The notes: generated by a model from the letters alone, not told the origin. A stretch of 64,000 nucleotides of DNA from an uncultured Acidimicrobiia bacterium (GCA_963820025.1 CAWFYL010000005.1:19757-83756), one strand, 5' to 3'; positions 1 to 10,129 are shown, counted from the first letter of the stretch. Numbers and translations are program-made.

Positions 1-691
1 CTCGACGACGCGGTGCTCGGGTGCGGTCGCCTGCTCGCCGAGCATCCGGGCGCGACGGTCATCACGGTCTACGCCGGCGCGCCGGGCGCCTACCCGGAGC
101 CGATGACCCACTGGGACACGATCTCGGGCTTCCGCGCCGGCGACGACGTGCTCGCGATCCGGCGCGGCGAGGACCGCGGCGCGCTCGTCCGAGCTCGGCG
201 CGACGCCGGTCTGGCTCGATTTCGTCGAGCACCAGTACCTGGATCGTCCGGACTGGGTCGGCGCCGACCAGACGGCCGACGCGCTCGAGGCCGCCGTGCG
301 TGAGGCGAATCCCACCTCGGTCCTCGCGCCGTTCGGGATCGCGAACCCGGATCACGTCGCGACCCACGACGCGGCGCGCGTCGTGCGCGAGCGGGTGCCC
401 GGACCGGCGTGGTTCTGCTACGAGGACATGGGCTACAAGCACATCCCCGGGTTGTTGGCGTGGCGGGTGTCGCAGCTCTTCCGGGCCGGGATCTGGCCGA
501 CGCCGGCCGCGCCGACCGTGGACCACGGCGACGAGCGGAAGCAGCGCGCCCTGGCGCACTACGGCTCGCAGCTGCAGGCCCTGGAAGCGGACTGGCAGCT
601 CGGCGAGAAGCTCGCCGCGCCCGCACCGGAGCAACTCTGGCGCCTCGCACCGCCCCCGCCCGGCTGGGAGCGCCTGACGCACGCCGGGTGA
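1..691 (+). CDS. PIG-L/LmbE family deacetylase (5' partial, frameshift near 190)
   Basis: Frame 1 reads LDDAVLGCG (HxDD-type motif cut by the window edge) and RRGED. After a +1 shift near 188-190 it continues LGATPVWLDFVEHQY...NPDH...YEDMGY...KQRALAHYGSQ. Confidence 0.75.
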
Positions 692-728
692 CCGCCTACC
701 CTCTTGCACGAGTCGTGCAACCGGGGGG

Positions 729-2073
729 ATGCAGATGGTGGTGAGTCGGCGAGGACCGCGGTCGACGACGATCGGAACGGTGCTGCGGTGGACGGTCGCC
801 GGCCTGATGGTCGGGGCGGCCGCGATCCACTTCGGGATGATGGGCGAGCACGCCGGCGTCTCGTGGACGCACGGCCTGTTCTTCGCGGCCTGTGCATGGG
901 CGCAGCTCGCACTCGCCGCGTTGATCGTGTTCCGTCCGTCCCGCACGGTGGTCGCGGCGGGGATCGTCGGCAACCTGGCGATCCTCGCGATCTGGGTGAT
1001 CAGCCGCACGGTCGGCATCGCGATCGGCAGCGACGGTACGCCCGACGCGTGGGGGCGGGTGGACGGGCTCTGCGCGGTCTTCGAAGGGTTGGCGGTCCTG
1101 GCCAGCTTCGCGTTGCTGAGCACGAGCATCAGCCGCCGGCCCGTCAGTGCGGGCGTCGGGTTCGCGGGTGCCGGCGCCATCGGCCTCGCGGTCGCCGTCG
1201 TCACGACGATCATCTTCAGCCCGGCCGCGACGACCGTGAGCGCGACCGGGCTCAGCCCCGACGGCCACAACCATGGGGCCGGGGGCACCGTGTCCGCCGA
1301 CGGGCACAACCACACCCATGTCGCGGTCGCCGGTGCAGGCGGGCTCGTCGACACCGGCGCCGGCATCATCGTCACCGGCGCGCTCACCGGCGACTCGCCG
1401 TGCGAGCTCTCCGGTCCGCCCGCGTCCGCGGGTCAGACCGGCAAGGATGCGGAAGGCCACAACCACCGCGGTCCCTTCAAGCAGGATCCGGTCACGCGGG
1501 ACGAGGCGATGCAGCTCGAGGCGGAGCAGACCGTCGCCCGGACGGTCGCGCTGAAGTACCCGACCGTCGCGAGCGCCGAGGCCGCGGGCTACAACAAGTC
1601 GACTCCGTACGTCCCCTGTATCGGCGCGCACTACACGAACACCGCGACTGGCGGCATCGTTCCGCGTGGACGCGCCTTCCGAGCTGCTGTACGACGGCAC
1701 GACGCCGGACGCCAAGATCGTGGGCCTCAGCTATCTCGTGTTCCACGCCGGCGGCCCGCCGCCCGGTTTCACGGGGCCGAACGACCGGTGGCACCAGCAC
1801 AACTTCAACGGCGGCCTGTGCCTCAAGGGCGGTGTCGTCATCGGTGCCGAGACCATGAGCGCCAAGCAGTGCACCGCAGCGGGCGGGGGCAAGGTGGCAC
1901 TCAACGACATCTGGATGCTCCACGACTGGATCGTCCCCGGCTTCGAGTGCACCTGGGGCGTGTTCGCGGGGGAGTGCCCGGAGCTCGGCGGCCGCACCGG
2001 CGGCACCGCGTGGGATCCGCCGGCTCCCCGCGCCGCCGCTCGGCTCCAGACCGCGACCCAAGCCGCGGGCTAG
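729..2073 (+). CDS. Membrane-anchored His-rich hypothetical protein (frameshift near 1647)
   Basis: N-terminal hydrophobic helices and three GHNH motifs. ORF 1666-2073 continues the protein (ELLYDG...WHQH...WMLHDW) after removing one base. Confidence 0.6.
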
Positions 2074-2173
2074 CCAGAGATCAGCGCGACCACGTCGTCA
2101 CGCTCCAGGTGCACGCACCGCGGGTCCCACATCCCCGCGGTGTCGGGCGCGCCGTGGACCGGGACCGCCGACA

Positions 2174-2887
2174 TCAGGACAGCGGCGACCAGGTGGCAGT
2201 GCGCAGGAGCCGGCTCTCCCAGTCGTCGCGCACCTGGAGCGCGTCGTGCATCCAGGTGCCCGGCGCGCGGTGCTCGGCAGGGATCTCGCTCATGACGAGG
2301 CCGGTGATCCCGGCCGGCTTCATCACCCGCTGCCAGAGGATCACCTCGCGGCGCCGTGCGCTCGTCCCCCAGGCCGGCGTGAGGACGGCCTGCAACTCGA
2401 GCAGCGAGCGCCCGCCGTGGCGGCCCTCGGCGAGGCTCGGCGCGTAGTTGTCACGGGCCGCGGTGAGGTAGTCCTCCATCTTGCCTTCGTGGGGCCACGC
2501 GGTGTCCTCCATGAACAGGGTGGCGTCGTGCTCGTCGCCTCCCATCGGGACGTTCGCGAAGTCGATCGACTGGAGCGGCGACCACTCCACGGGAACGAGG
2601 ATCTTGCTCGTCACGTCGTGACGCATCCCGTCCACCTTGGTGGCCCAGGAGCGGAGGTCACCGGTGCGTATCCGCGTCAGCAGTCGCTCCCACCCGGCAC
2701 CATCGGCGACGCCGGTGAGCGTGATCATGTTGTACGCCCGCCCGGTGCCGTGCGCGAGGCGCATGAAGTAGAGGAGGCGTGCGTCCTCGGTCTCCGCGAG
2801 CCGTGGCATCCACACCGTGCGGTACTCGTCCTCGAACTCGTCCTCGTGCAGGCCCATGACGCGGTGGATCTCGTGTACGAACAGCAT
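2174..2887 (-). CDS. NIPSNAP-like dimeric alpha/beta barrel protein
   Basis: Two related halves (LFVHEIHRV.../LFMEDTAWP...), ending ESRLLRTATWSPL. Confidence 0.55.
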   Translation of the reverse strand: MLFVHEIHRVMGLHEDEFEDEYRTVWMPRLAETEDARLLYFMRLAHGTGRAYNMITLTGVADGAGWERLLTRIRTGDLRSWATKVDGMRHDVTSKILVPVEWSPLQSIDFANVPMGGDEHDATLFMEDTAWPHEGKMEDYLTAARDNYAPSLAEGRHGGRSLLELQAVLTPAWGTSARRREVILWQRVMKPAGITGLVMSEIPAEHRAPGTWMHDALQVRDDWESRLLRTATWSPLS

Positions 2888-2904
2888 GACGGGGATCTTG
2901 CCAG

Positions 2905-3198
2905 ATGCCGGAAGCGCACGCGGCGGGGCGCATCGCCGCTTTGCGTGACCTGCAATGGCGTCGGCGACGGTTCCTCATCGCCGTGCTCGGGACCGCGCTG
3001 GTGCTCTCGATGACCCTGGTGCTCGCCGGCCTCTCGGCCGCGTTCGTGAATGAGGTGGATCGTACGATGACGGCGCGGGCGAGGACGGCGTCCGTGGTCG
3101 CCGGCTACTCCGTGCGGGACTTCCGCCAGCGCATCGGCCCGCAGGGCATGGGGGACCTGCTCTCCCACGCGGGCGACGCGACCATCGCCGCCGAGTAG
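2905..3198 (+). pseudogene. Truncated ABC transporter permease N-terminus
   Basis: AALRDLQWRRRRFLIAVLGTALVLSMTLVLAGL resembles the start of mycobacterial Rv0072/Rv2563-type permeases, but the ORF is only 97 aa. Confidence 0.5.
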
Positions 3199-3208
3199 CG
3201 CGCTCGAC

Positions 3209-4348
3209 TCAGGCCGGGCCGAGCCGCTCGACCAGCCAATCGATCGCGCCGGTGAGCGTCGCGACGTCGTCGGGCTCGACCGCGGGGAAGATCCCGATCC
3301 GCAGCTGGTTGCGACCGAGCTTGCGGTACGGCTCCGTGTCCACGATGCCGTTGGCGCGCAGCGCCTGCGCCAGCGCGGCCGCGTCGACCGCCTCGTCGAA
3401 GTCGATGGTCGCGGTGACGTGACTGCGCTCGTCCGGCTTCTCGACGAACGGCGTCGCGAACGCGCTCGCCTCCGCCCATCCGTAGAGGATCTCGGCGCTC
3501 CGGTCGCATCGCGACACCGCCCAGTCGAGCCCGCCGTGCTCGAGCATCCACTCGACCTGGTGCGCGAGGAGGAAGAGCGTGGCGAGCCCGGGCGTGTTGT
3601 ACGTCTGGTCGAGTCGGGACTGCTCGAGCGCGATGCCGAGGTCGAGGCTCGGCGGCACCCACCGGTCCGACGCCGCGATCCGATCGATGCGGGCGATCGC
3701 GTCGGGCGAGCACGCGGCGAGCCACATGCCCCCGTCGCTCCCGAAGCACTTCTGCGGCGCGAAGTAGTAGACGTCGGTCTCGGTGGGGTCGAAGCGCAGC
3801 CCGCCTGCACCGGACGTCGCGTCGACGAGCACGAGCTGACCCGCGGTCGCGCCCTCCGGCCGGCGGGGATCGAGCATCACGCCGGTTGACGTCTCGTTGT
3901 GCGGGAAGCAGTAGGCGTCGACGTCCGCGCTCGCGTGGGGGAGCGGGTGCGTGCCGGTCGGGGTCTCGACGACCTCGGGGTCCGCGAGATGGGGTGCGTT
4001 CCTCGTGACGGCGGCGAACTTCGAGGAGAATTCGCCGAAGACGAGGTGCTGGCTGCGCGCCTCGACGAGCCCGAACGCCGCGGAGTCCCAGAACACGGTG
4101 GTGCCGCCGTTGCTCAGCAGGACCTCGTAGCCATCGGGCAGCGAGAACAGCGCCGCGATGCCTTCGCGCACTCGCCGGACGACCGAGCGCACGCCGTCGC
4201 GGCGGTGCGAGGTGCCCAGGAACGTGGGCGCGGCGTCCGCCAGCGCGGCGATGGCCTCGGTGCGGACCTTCGACGGTCCCGAGCCGAAGCGGCCGTCGCC
4301 GGGGACGAGGTGGGCGGGGAGCACGGGGGCGGAGGGTGTCGTCGTCAC
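3209..4348 (-). CDS. serC: Phosphoserine aminotransferase
   Basis: DGRFGSGPSK, HNETSTGV, DATSGAGG, FAPQK (PLP lysine), QTYNTP, PYRKLGRNQLR: actinobacterial SerC. Confidence 0.95.
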   Translation of the reverse strand: MTTTPSAPVLPAHLVPGDGRFGSGPSKVRTEAIAALADAAPTFLGTSHRRDGVRSVVRRVREGIAALFSLPDGYEVLLSNGGTTVFWDSAAFGLVEARSQHLVFGEFSSKFAAVTRNAPHLADPEVVETPTGTHPLPHASADVDAYCFPHNETSTGVMLDPRRPEGATAGQLVLVDATSGAGGLRFDPTETDVYYFAPQKCFGSDGGMWLAACSPDAIARIDRIAASDRWVPPSLDLGIALEQSRLDQTYNTPGLATLFLLAHQVEWMLEHGGLDWAVSRCDRSAEILYGWAEASAFATPFVEKPDERSHVTATIDFDEAVDAAALAQALRANGIVDTEPYRKLGRNQLRIGIFPAVEPDDVATLTGAIDWLVERLGPA

Positions 4349-4357
4349 CCACCGAGC

Positions 4358-5026
4358 CTATGCGTTGGGGTCCTCCGCACCTCGGGTCGTTTCCTCGTAC
4401 CAACCCGGGCGCTTGGTGCGCGCCCACCGCGCGCTGATCGTGCCGCGCCACATCGCCCGGAGCGCCTCCGGGTCCGAGAACGCGAACCAGATGTGTCCGA
4501 GAACGGCCGCCCAGATGAAGAACGCGAACCAGTCGTGGACGAAGGTCGCGCCGGTGCGCAGGTCGATGGGGAACGGCTCGAACCACTTCATGATCGACCC
4601 GGTGCCCACCATCACGAGTGCCGCGCCGACGATGAACGCGGCATTGAGCTTCTGGCCGGCGTTGAACTTCCCGAGCCGGACCCGCTTGTCGCGGCCGAGG
4701 GTGCGGAACCAGCGCTTGTCGTCGTGGGTCCAGCGGTTGATGCGGCCGAAGTCCCGGCGCAGCGCCCGGCCCCAGCGCGGCACGAAGGCGACGAGGAACA
4801 CGACCGGGATCGCGAGCCCGCAGTACACGTGCAGCGTGCGCACGACCTCGCGGTCGCCGAACAGGACGGAGAGCTCACCGATGTAGAGGATCGAGCCGGT
4901 GAGCATCACGACGCCGAAGAGGCACGCGTTCACCCAGTGCGCGACGCGCTCGGTGCGGTCGAAGCGCAGGATCGGGGTGTCGGGCGGGAGGTCCTCGGCG
5001 TCAGGTGGCGTCGTCGTCGCGGCCAT
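4358..5026 (-). CDS. Cytochrome b subunit (FdnI/Ni-Fe hydrogenase cytochrome b family)
   Basis: ERVAHW, LHVYCG, GKFNAGQKLN, FVHDW, GHIW heme-ligand pattern in 4 TM helices. Confidence 0.85.
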   Translation of the reverse strand: MAATTTPPDAEDLPPDTPILRFDRTERVAHWVNACLFGVVMLTGSILYIGELSVLFGDREVVRTLHVYCGLAIPVVFLVAFVPRWGRALRRDFGRINRWTHDDKRWFRTLGRDKRVRLGKFNAGQKLNAAFIVGAALVMVGTGSIMKWFEPFPIDLRTGATFVHDWFAFFIWAAVLGHIWFAFSDPEALRAMWRGTISARWARTKRPGWYEETTRGAEDPNA

Positions 5027-5699
5027 TCGACCGTCCCACCCATCCGTCGACGTCGTAGCCGTAGTGCTCCCAGTACCCGGGCTCCACCTTCTCGGTCAGC
5101 TCGATCGCCTCGAGCCACTTGCAGGACTTGTAGCCGTACATCGGCGCGACGTAGAGCCGCACCGGCCCGCCGTGCTCGGACGAGATGTCCCCGCCCTCCA
5201 TCCGATAGGCGACGATCACGTCGTTGCGACGGCCCTGGCTCAACGTGAGGCTCTCGGTGTAGGTGCCGTCGAAGCTCTTGAACCGGATCGCCCCCGCCTC
5301 GGGCTTCACGCCGGCCCGGTCGAGGAGGTCGGCCAGGCGCACGCCCTCCCAGGCCACGTCGTGGACGCGCCAGCCGGTGACGCACTGGAAGTCGCGGGTC
5401 ATCCGGGTCGGCGGCAGCGCGCGGAGCTCGTCGTAGGTGAGCGTGTACGGCGCGTCGACGAGCCCGCCGACCTTCAGCCGGTACGCGTCCTTGCTCTTGC
5501 CCGGCAGGTCGCCGGTGACGGTGTAGATCCGGAACCGGCCGATCGGCAGGAACCCCGACAGGCCGGTGCCGTCCTTCGAGACGACCGGGGCGACGGTCTT
5601 CTCGAGCCAGTCCTGGGCCTTCGCGCCCCACAGCACGCCGACTGCCCCCACGCCCAGCACTCCGAGGAACACCCGGCGTCCGATCGGCGTGCCATCCAT
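5001..5699 (-). CDS. Molybdopterin-dependent oxidoreductase (sulfite oxidase/MsrP-like), Tat signal
   Basis: GRRVFL twin-arginine signal, DFQCVTGW, EHGGPVRL, YGYKSCKWL, PGYWE. Confidence 0.9.
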   Translation of the reverse strand: MDGTPIGRRVFLGVLGVGAVGVLWGAKAQDWLEKTVAPVVSKDGTGLSGFLPIGRFRIYTVTGDLPGKSKDAYRLKVGGLVDAPYTLTYDELRALPPTRMTRDFQCVTGWRVHDVAWEGVRLADLLDRAGVKPEAGAIRFKSFDGTYTESLTLSQGRRNDVIVAYRMEGGDISSEHGGPVRLYVAPMYGYKSCKWLEAIELTEKVEPGYWEHYGYDVDGWVGRSNGRDDDAT

Positions 5700-5784
5700 A
5701 CGCGACCCAGCGTACGACCGCCCACCCGCCCCCCACCCGCGCCGATCCCTCAACATTCTCGAAACTCCCCGACCCGCCTCTCCG

Positions 5785-5831
5785 TTCTCGGCACGCTGAA
5801 CCACACAGGATGTGGTTGAGCGTGCCGAGAA
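5785..5831. repeat. 47-bp palindromic REP-like element, copy 1
   Basis: TTCTCGGCACGCT-G-AACCACA-cagga-TGTGGTT-G-AGCGTGCCGAGAA. Near-identical copies at 6645 and 39006. Confidence 0.9.
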
Positions 5832-5883
5832 TCCCAGGGGTTCGTGGCTCGTAGCTGTCCCAGCACGGCGAGAGGCTCAGACC

Positions 5884-6636
5884 ATGGATGAGCACAGGGC
5901 CGTGGAGCTGGCGGCGCGCCAACACGCATTGATCACCTACGGCCAGGCACGTCGCCTGGGCTTGTCTGCACGTCAGATCGAGCACCAGTTGGTCCGTCGA
6001 TTCCTCGCCTCGGTCCACGAAGGCGTCTACCGGTTCACAAGCGCTGCGCCATCGCGGAACCAGCGGATGCTTGCGGCATGCCTCGCGGTCGGGCGACCGT
6101 CGGCGGCCTCGCACCGATCGGCAGCCACGGTTCACGGGATCTGGTCGGTGTCGGACGATATGGTCGAGATCACCGTCGGACGGGACCGGTCGCCCGACCT
6201 TGTCGGCGTGACGGTGCACCGCATCGCGGACCTCTCCGATCGTTGGATCGTCGAAGTCGACGGGGTGCCCGTGACGACGTCGGCGCGCACCCTGGTGGAC
6301 CTCGGGGCGGTGCTCCCGCTCGGCTCGGTCGGCCGCGCCCTCGACCGGGCCATTGGTCGGAAGCTCGTGACGCTCGTGGAGGTACGCGCCGCGCTTGACG
6401 CGGTCGCGCGCAAGGGACGCGCCGGAGTGGGAACGATCCGCGGTCTGCTCGATGAGCGGGGCGGTCTGGTCCAAGCGACCAGCGTGCTCGAGGCGCGCAT
6501 GGCTGTGCTCCTCCGGATCCACGGCGTGCCGATGCCGGTGCGGGAGCACACGGTGCTCGACGAGCACGGTCAGTTCGTTGGCCGGGTCGACTTTGCCTAC
6601 CCGGAGCTGCGCTACGCGATCGAGGTCGACGGCTAA
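5884..6636 (+). CDS. AbiEi-N / DUF559-type protein, C-terminally truncated
   Basis: LAARQHALIT, VHEGVY, ASHRSAATVHG, VTTSARTLVDL, SVLEARM, GRVDFAYPELRYAIEVDG, then stop. The usual H...D..R...GW tail is missing. Confidence 0.8.
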   Translation: MDEHRAVELAARQHALITYGQARRLGLSARQIEHQLVRRFLASVHEGVYRFTSAAPSRNQRMLAACLAVGRPSAASHRSAATVHGIWSVSDDMVEITVGRDRSPDLVGVTVHRIADLSDRWIVEVDGVPVTTSARTLVDLGAVLPLGSVGRALDRAIGRKLVTLVEVRAALDAVARKGRAGVGTIRGLLDERGGLVQATSVLEARMAVLLRIHGVPMPVREHTVLDEHGQFVGRVDFAYPELRYAIEVDG

Positions 6637-6644
6637 CCGCCAGC

Positions 6645-6691
6645 TTCTCGGCACGTTGAACCACACCACATGTGGTTGAGCGTGCCGAGAA
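6645..6691. repeat. 47-bp palindromic REP-like element, copy 2
   Basis: TTCTCGGCACGTTGAACCACA-ccaca-TGTGGTTGAGCGTGCCGAGAA, 8 bp after the stop of the AbiEi/DUF559 gene. Confidence 0.9.
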
Positions 6692-6719
6692 CAGGGCGGA
6701 ACCGGGCGGGAACGGAATC

Positions 6720-8111
6720 TCAGGCGAGGGTGAGGACCTCGGTGAAGCCTTCGTCGAGGCAGCGGAGGAAGGCGTCCGAGTCGGGGACGGCGACGGAGTC
6801 GACGTTGACCCCGATGCAGCAGGTCCCGCAGCTGGAGAGCAGCGTGACGTTGACCGCGGCGCCGGCGAGGGGAGCGAACGCGTACATCCGCTCGAGCCGC
6901 GCTCCGGCGGAGAAGATCTCGAACGGCGCGCCGGGCACGTTGCTCGTCACGAAGTCCGCGCCCTTCAGCATCGAGCCGAACAACGCGGTCGTGATCGTCG
7001 TCGGGAGCTGGTTCAGGATCCCGGCGAGCGCGTCGGTCAGGTGGACCGCGGGCTCGGCCCGGATCTCGCGGGTGAGCCGGCCCACCGCGACGATCCGTTC
7101 CGCGGGGTCCTTGATCGTGACCGGGACGAGGAATCGGGCCGGCGTGAAGTGGTTCCCGCCCAGCGCGGCGCCCTCGGCCCGGAGGTTGATCGGCATCACC
7201 ATTCTCAGCTCGTCGACGCTCACCCCGTGGAGGTCGTGGTAGCGACGCATCCCGCCGAGCACCGACGCGACGAAGGAGTCGTTGAGCGACCCGCCGACGG
7301 TCTTGGCCGCCTGCTTGAGCGAATCGAGTGGGACGTCGAGCGTGCTGAGCTGCCGGGCGAGCGTGCGGGCGCGCATGATCGGCGAGTGGGGGTCCGTGGC
7401 GGGCTGCAGGAACCGGACGACGGACCCGGCGATGCGCCAGGCCTCCTGCAGCGTGTGCACCGGGTCGTCGAGGATCGCCCGGGTCACGCCGACCGAGTCG
7501 ATGACACCGCGGCGGGCGATGCCGAGCGCGCGGCGCTGGTTGTGTCCGAGCGCGCTGAGCACGAGGTCCATCGGCCCGAAGGCGGGAACCGCGTCCACCC
7601 GGTCCGGGGGCGGGACCGGATCGGGTTCGCGCTCGAAGTCGAACAGCATCAGCAGGAGCTTCATCCCGCCGACGCCGTCGGTCATCGAGTGGTGGACCTT
7701 CAGGATCATCGCCGACCGGTCGCCTTCGAGCCCCTCGACGACCGTGTACTCCCACAGCGGGCGCGCCCGGTCGAAGCCCGCCATCGCGGCGGTGCGGGCG
7801 AGGTCGAGCACCGCGTCCAGCGACGGCTCGCACGCCCGCACCCGGCGCAGGTGGTAGCCGAGGTCGAAGTTCGCGTCGCCCGACCACTGCGGCGGGCCCA
7901 TGTGCAGCAAGGGCGTCGCGATGCGCTGGCGCAACCGGGGGATGAGCCAGGTCCCGCGCTCGATCTTGTCGACGAGGCGGTCCCAGTCCGGCGCGCGGTC
8001 GAGCAGCAGCACGGTGACGATCGTCGACCGCAGCAGCGGGTCCTTCTCGATGTTCCACATGAGCGCGTCGGAGTCGCTCATGTGGGTCTCGAAGCGCTCG
8101 TCCCCGCTCAT
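6720..8111 (-). CDS. Wax ester synthase/diacylglycerol acyltransferase (WS/DGAT)
   Basis: HHSMTDG catalytic motif, FDRARPLWE, TSNVPG. Confidence 0.92.
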   Translation of the reverse strand: MSGDERFETHMSDSDALMWNIEKDPLLRSTIVTVLLLDRAPDWDRLVDKIERGTWLIPRLRQRIATPLLHMGPPQWSGDANFDLGYHLRRVRACEPSLDAVLDLARTAAMAGFDRARPLWEYTVVEGLEGDRSAMILKVHHSMTDGVGGMKLLLMLFDFEREPDPVPPPDRVDAVPAFGPMDLVLSALGHNQRRALGIARRGVIDSVGVTRAILDDPVHTLQEAWRIAGSVVRFLQPATDPHSPIMRARTLARQLSTLDVPLDSLKQAAKTVGGSLNDSFVASVLGGMRRYHDLHGVSVDELRMVMPINLRAEGAALGGNHFTPARFLVPVTIKDPAERIVAVGRLTREIRAEPAVHLTDALAGILNQLPTTITTALFGSMLKGADFVTSNVPGAPFEIFSAGARLERMYAFAPLAGAAVNVTLLSSCGTCCIGVNVDSVAVPDSDAFLRCLDEGFTEVLTLA

Positions 8112-8184
8112 TGCGCCCGACCGTAACGTCTCCGCGGAGGTGGGAGAACAGGCCTCACCACGAAACCCGGTAGGTTCCCGGGCC

Positions 8185-9081
8185 GTGACGATCCCGCCGG
8201 GTGCGCGCGACGGCTACGTGGTCACGAACGGTGTCCGGCTGTACTTCGTCGAGCAGGGCGAGGGGCCGCTGGTCCTGCTGTGCCACGGCTTCCCGGAGCT
8301 CTGGTACGCGTGGCGCGACCAGCTCGGACCGCTGGCGGAAGCCGGCTTCCACGCGGTGGCGGTCGACCTGCCGGGGTACGGCCGTTCGGACAAGCCCGAC
8401 GTGCACTACGACGTGGAGTGGGTCAACGCCTGTCTCGCCGGCGTGATCCACGGGCTCGGCCACGAGCGGGCGGTGATGGTCGGCCACGACTGGGGTGGTC
8501 TGCTCGTGTGGCCGTTCGCGCGCCGCTACCCGGAGCGCACCGCCGGCGTCATCGGTGTCAACACCCCCGACCTGCCCCGCACCCCGATCCCCATGGTCGA
8601 GATGCTGCGTCAGGTGTTCCCCGACGAGCCGCCGTACATCGTGCAGTTCCAGGAGCCGGGCGTCGCGGAGTGGGTCCTGTCGTGGGGACGCGGCGCGGTC
8701 GACTTCCTCGAGATGACGCTGCGCGGACCGGTCACGGCCCACCCGGAGGTGTTCACCGACGACGTGATCGCGGTCTACGCGGACGCGCTGAGCCCCCGTG
8801 GTGCGTTCACCCCGCCGCTCGGGTACTACCGCAACCTCGACCGCTCCTGGCACCTGACCACGGACCTCGCGGACCGCACGATCGACGTGCCGTGCCTCAT
8901 GATCAGCGCCGCGGACGACCCGGTGCTCACACCGGCGATGACCGCGGGGATGGAGGAACGGGTCCCGAACCTCGAGAAGGTCGTCATCGAGGACTGCGGT
9001 CACTTCACCCAGCAGGAGCGGCCGGCGGAGACGAACGCCGCGATGCTCGGCTACTTGCGTCGGCTCGAGCCCTGGGCCTGA
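8185..9081 (+). CDS. Alpha/beta hydrolase, epoxide hydrolase type
   Basis: HGFPE, DLPGYGRSDKP, GHDWGG, YYRN, CGHFTQQERP. Confidence 0.9.
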   Translation: MTIPPGARDGYVVTNGVRLYFVEQGEGPLVLLCHGFPELWYAWRDQLGPLAEAGFHAVAVDLPGYGRSDKPDVHYDVEWVNACLAGVIHGLGHERAVMVGHDWGGLLVWPFARRYPERTAGVIGVNTPDLPRTPIPMVEMLRQVFPDEPPYIVQFQEPGVAEWVLSWGRGAVDFLEMTLRGPVTAHPEVFTDDVIAVYADALSPRGAFTPPLGYYRNLDRSWHLTTDLADRTIDVPCLMISAADDPVLTPAMTAGMEERVPNLEKVVIEDCGHFTQQERPAETNAAMLGYLRRLEPWA

Positions 9082-10127
9082 ACGTCGTCCCAGCCGTACC
9101 AGGCCACCGGCGTCTCCCACAGCACGTCCGCAAGATCCGCCTCGGACATGCCGTGCTCCGCGGACTCGTGGAGAAACGCGGTCACGGCCTCGGGGTAGAG
9201 CGCGTCGGGGTGCGGGAAGTCCGAGGCCCACATGACGTGGTCCGCGCCGACCTGGCCCACCACCCACGCCGCGAGCGGGTCGTCGGGATCCGTGCAGATC
9301 ACGCACTGGCGGGCGAAGTACTCGGACGGACGCAGCGTGAGCGACGCGGTCTCGCTGTCCTCCATCCACTCGGCGTGGCCGTCCAGCCGGGCGAGCCAGT
9401 ACGGCAGCCATCCGGTGCCCGACTCGAGGAACGCGACGCGAAGCCCCGGATGCCGTTCCAGCGCGCCGAGGAGCATCAGGCTCGCCATCGCGGCCATCTG
9501 CTCCATCGGGTGGCTCATCGCGTGCCGCATCCCGAACGTGTCGCCGCGGTCGCGCCCGATCGTCGGCCCGATCACCCCGAGGCCCTCGTGCACCGAGAGC
9601 GTGAGGTCGAGCTCCTCGAGCGCGGCGTAGAGCGGGTCGAAGGCCGGATCGCCGAGGTCGCGCCCGTAGAGCAGGTTCGGCCGGACCATGACGCCGGGCA
9701 GACCGAGCGCGGCGGCGTGCTCGGCCTCGCGAACCGCCAGCGCACCGTCGACGGTCGGTACGAGCGCGACGCCGGTCAACCGGCCGGGATCCTCGGCCCG
9801 GTACTCGGCGAGCCACTCGTTGTACGCACGGCACGCGCCGGCGGACTCCTCCGGTGTGAGCGACGGGAGGAACGGCACGAACAACCCGATCGACGGGTAG
9901 AGCACGACCGCGTCGATGCCTTCGCGGTCCATGCAGCGGAGGTACTCCCGCGCCGAGCAGCCGTCGGCGAGGAAGTCCGCGAGCACCGCGGGGTCACCGC
10001 ACGGGACCATCGGCGTGGTGGCCGGCAGGTCGATCACCGAGACCCCCGAGGGTGCAGCCTCGCCGAACAGGCCCGCCGGCTCGATGACGTGCGCGTCGGC
10101 GTCGAGGACCCGGAAGCCGTCGTGCAC
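9051..10127 (-). CDS. Amidohydrolase family 2 protein
   Basis: DADAH, VLYPS, CRAYNEWL, SVHEG, FLESGTGW, WASDFPHPD. Confidence 0.88.
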   Translation of the reverse strand: MHDGFRVLDADAHVIEPAGLFGEAAPSGVSVIDLPATTPMVPCGDPAVLADFLADGCSAREYLRCMDREGIDAVVLYPSIGLFVPFLPSLTPEESAGACRAYNEWLAEYRAEDPGRLTGVALVPTVDGALAVREAEHAAALGLPGVMVRPNLLYGRDLGDPAFDPLYAALEELDLTLSVHEGLGVIGPTIGRDRGDTFGMRHAMSHPMEQMAAMASLMLLGALERHPGLRVAFLESGTGWLPYWLARLDGHAEWMEDSETASLTLRPSEYFARQCVICTDPDDPLAAWVVGQVGADHVMWASDFPHPDALYPEAVTAFLHESAEHGMSEADLADVLWETPVAWYGWDDVQAQGSSRRK

Positions 10128-10129
10128 CG

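Noticed and set aside
5884-6636. Functional type IV toxin-antitoxin (AbiE) system
   Set aside because: No AbiEii nucleotidyltransferase partner is adjacent and the gene is truncated.
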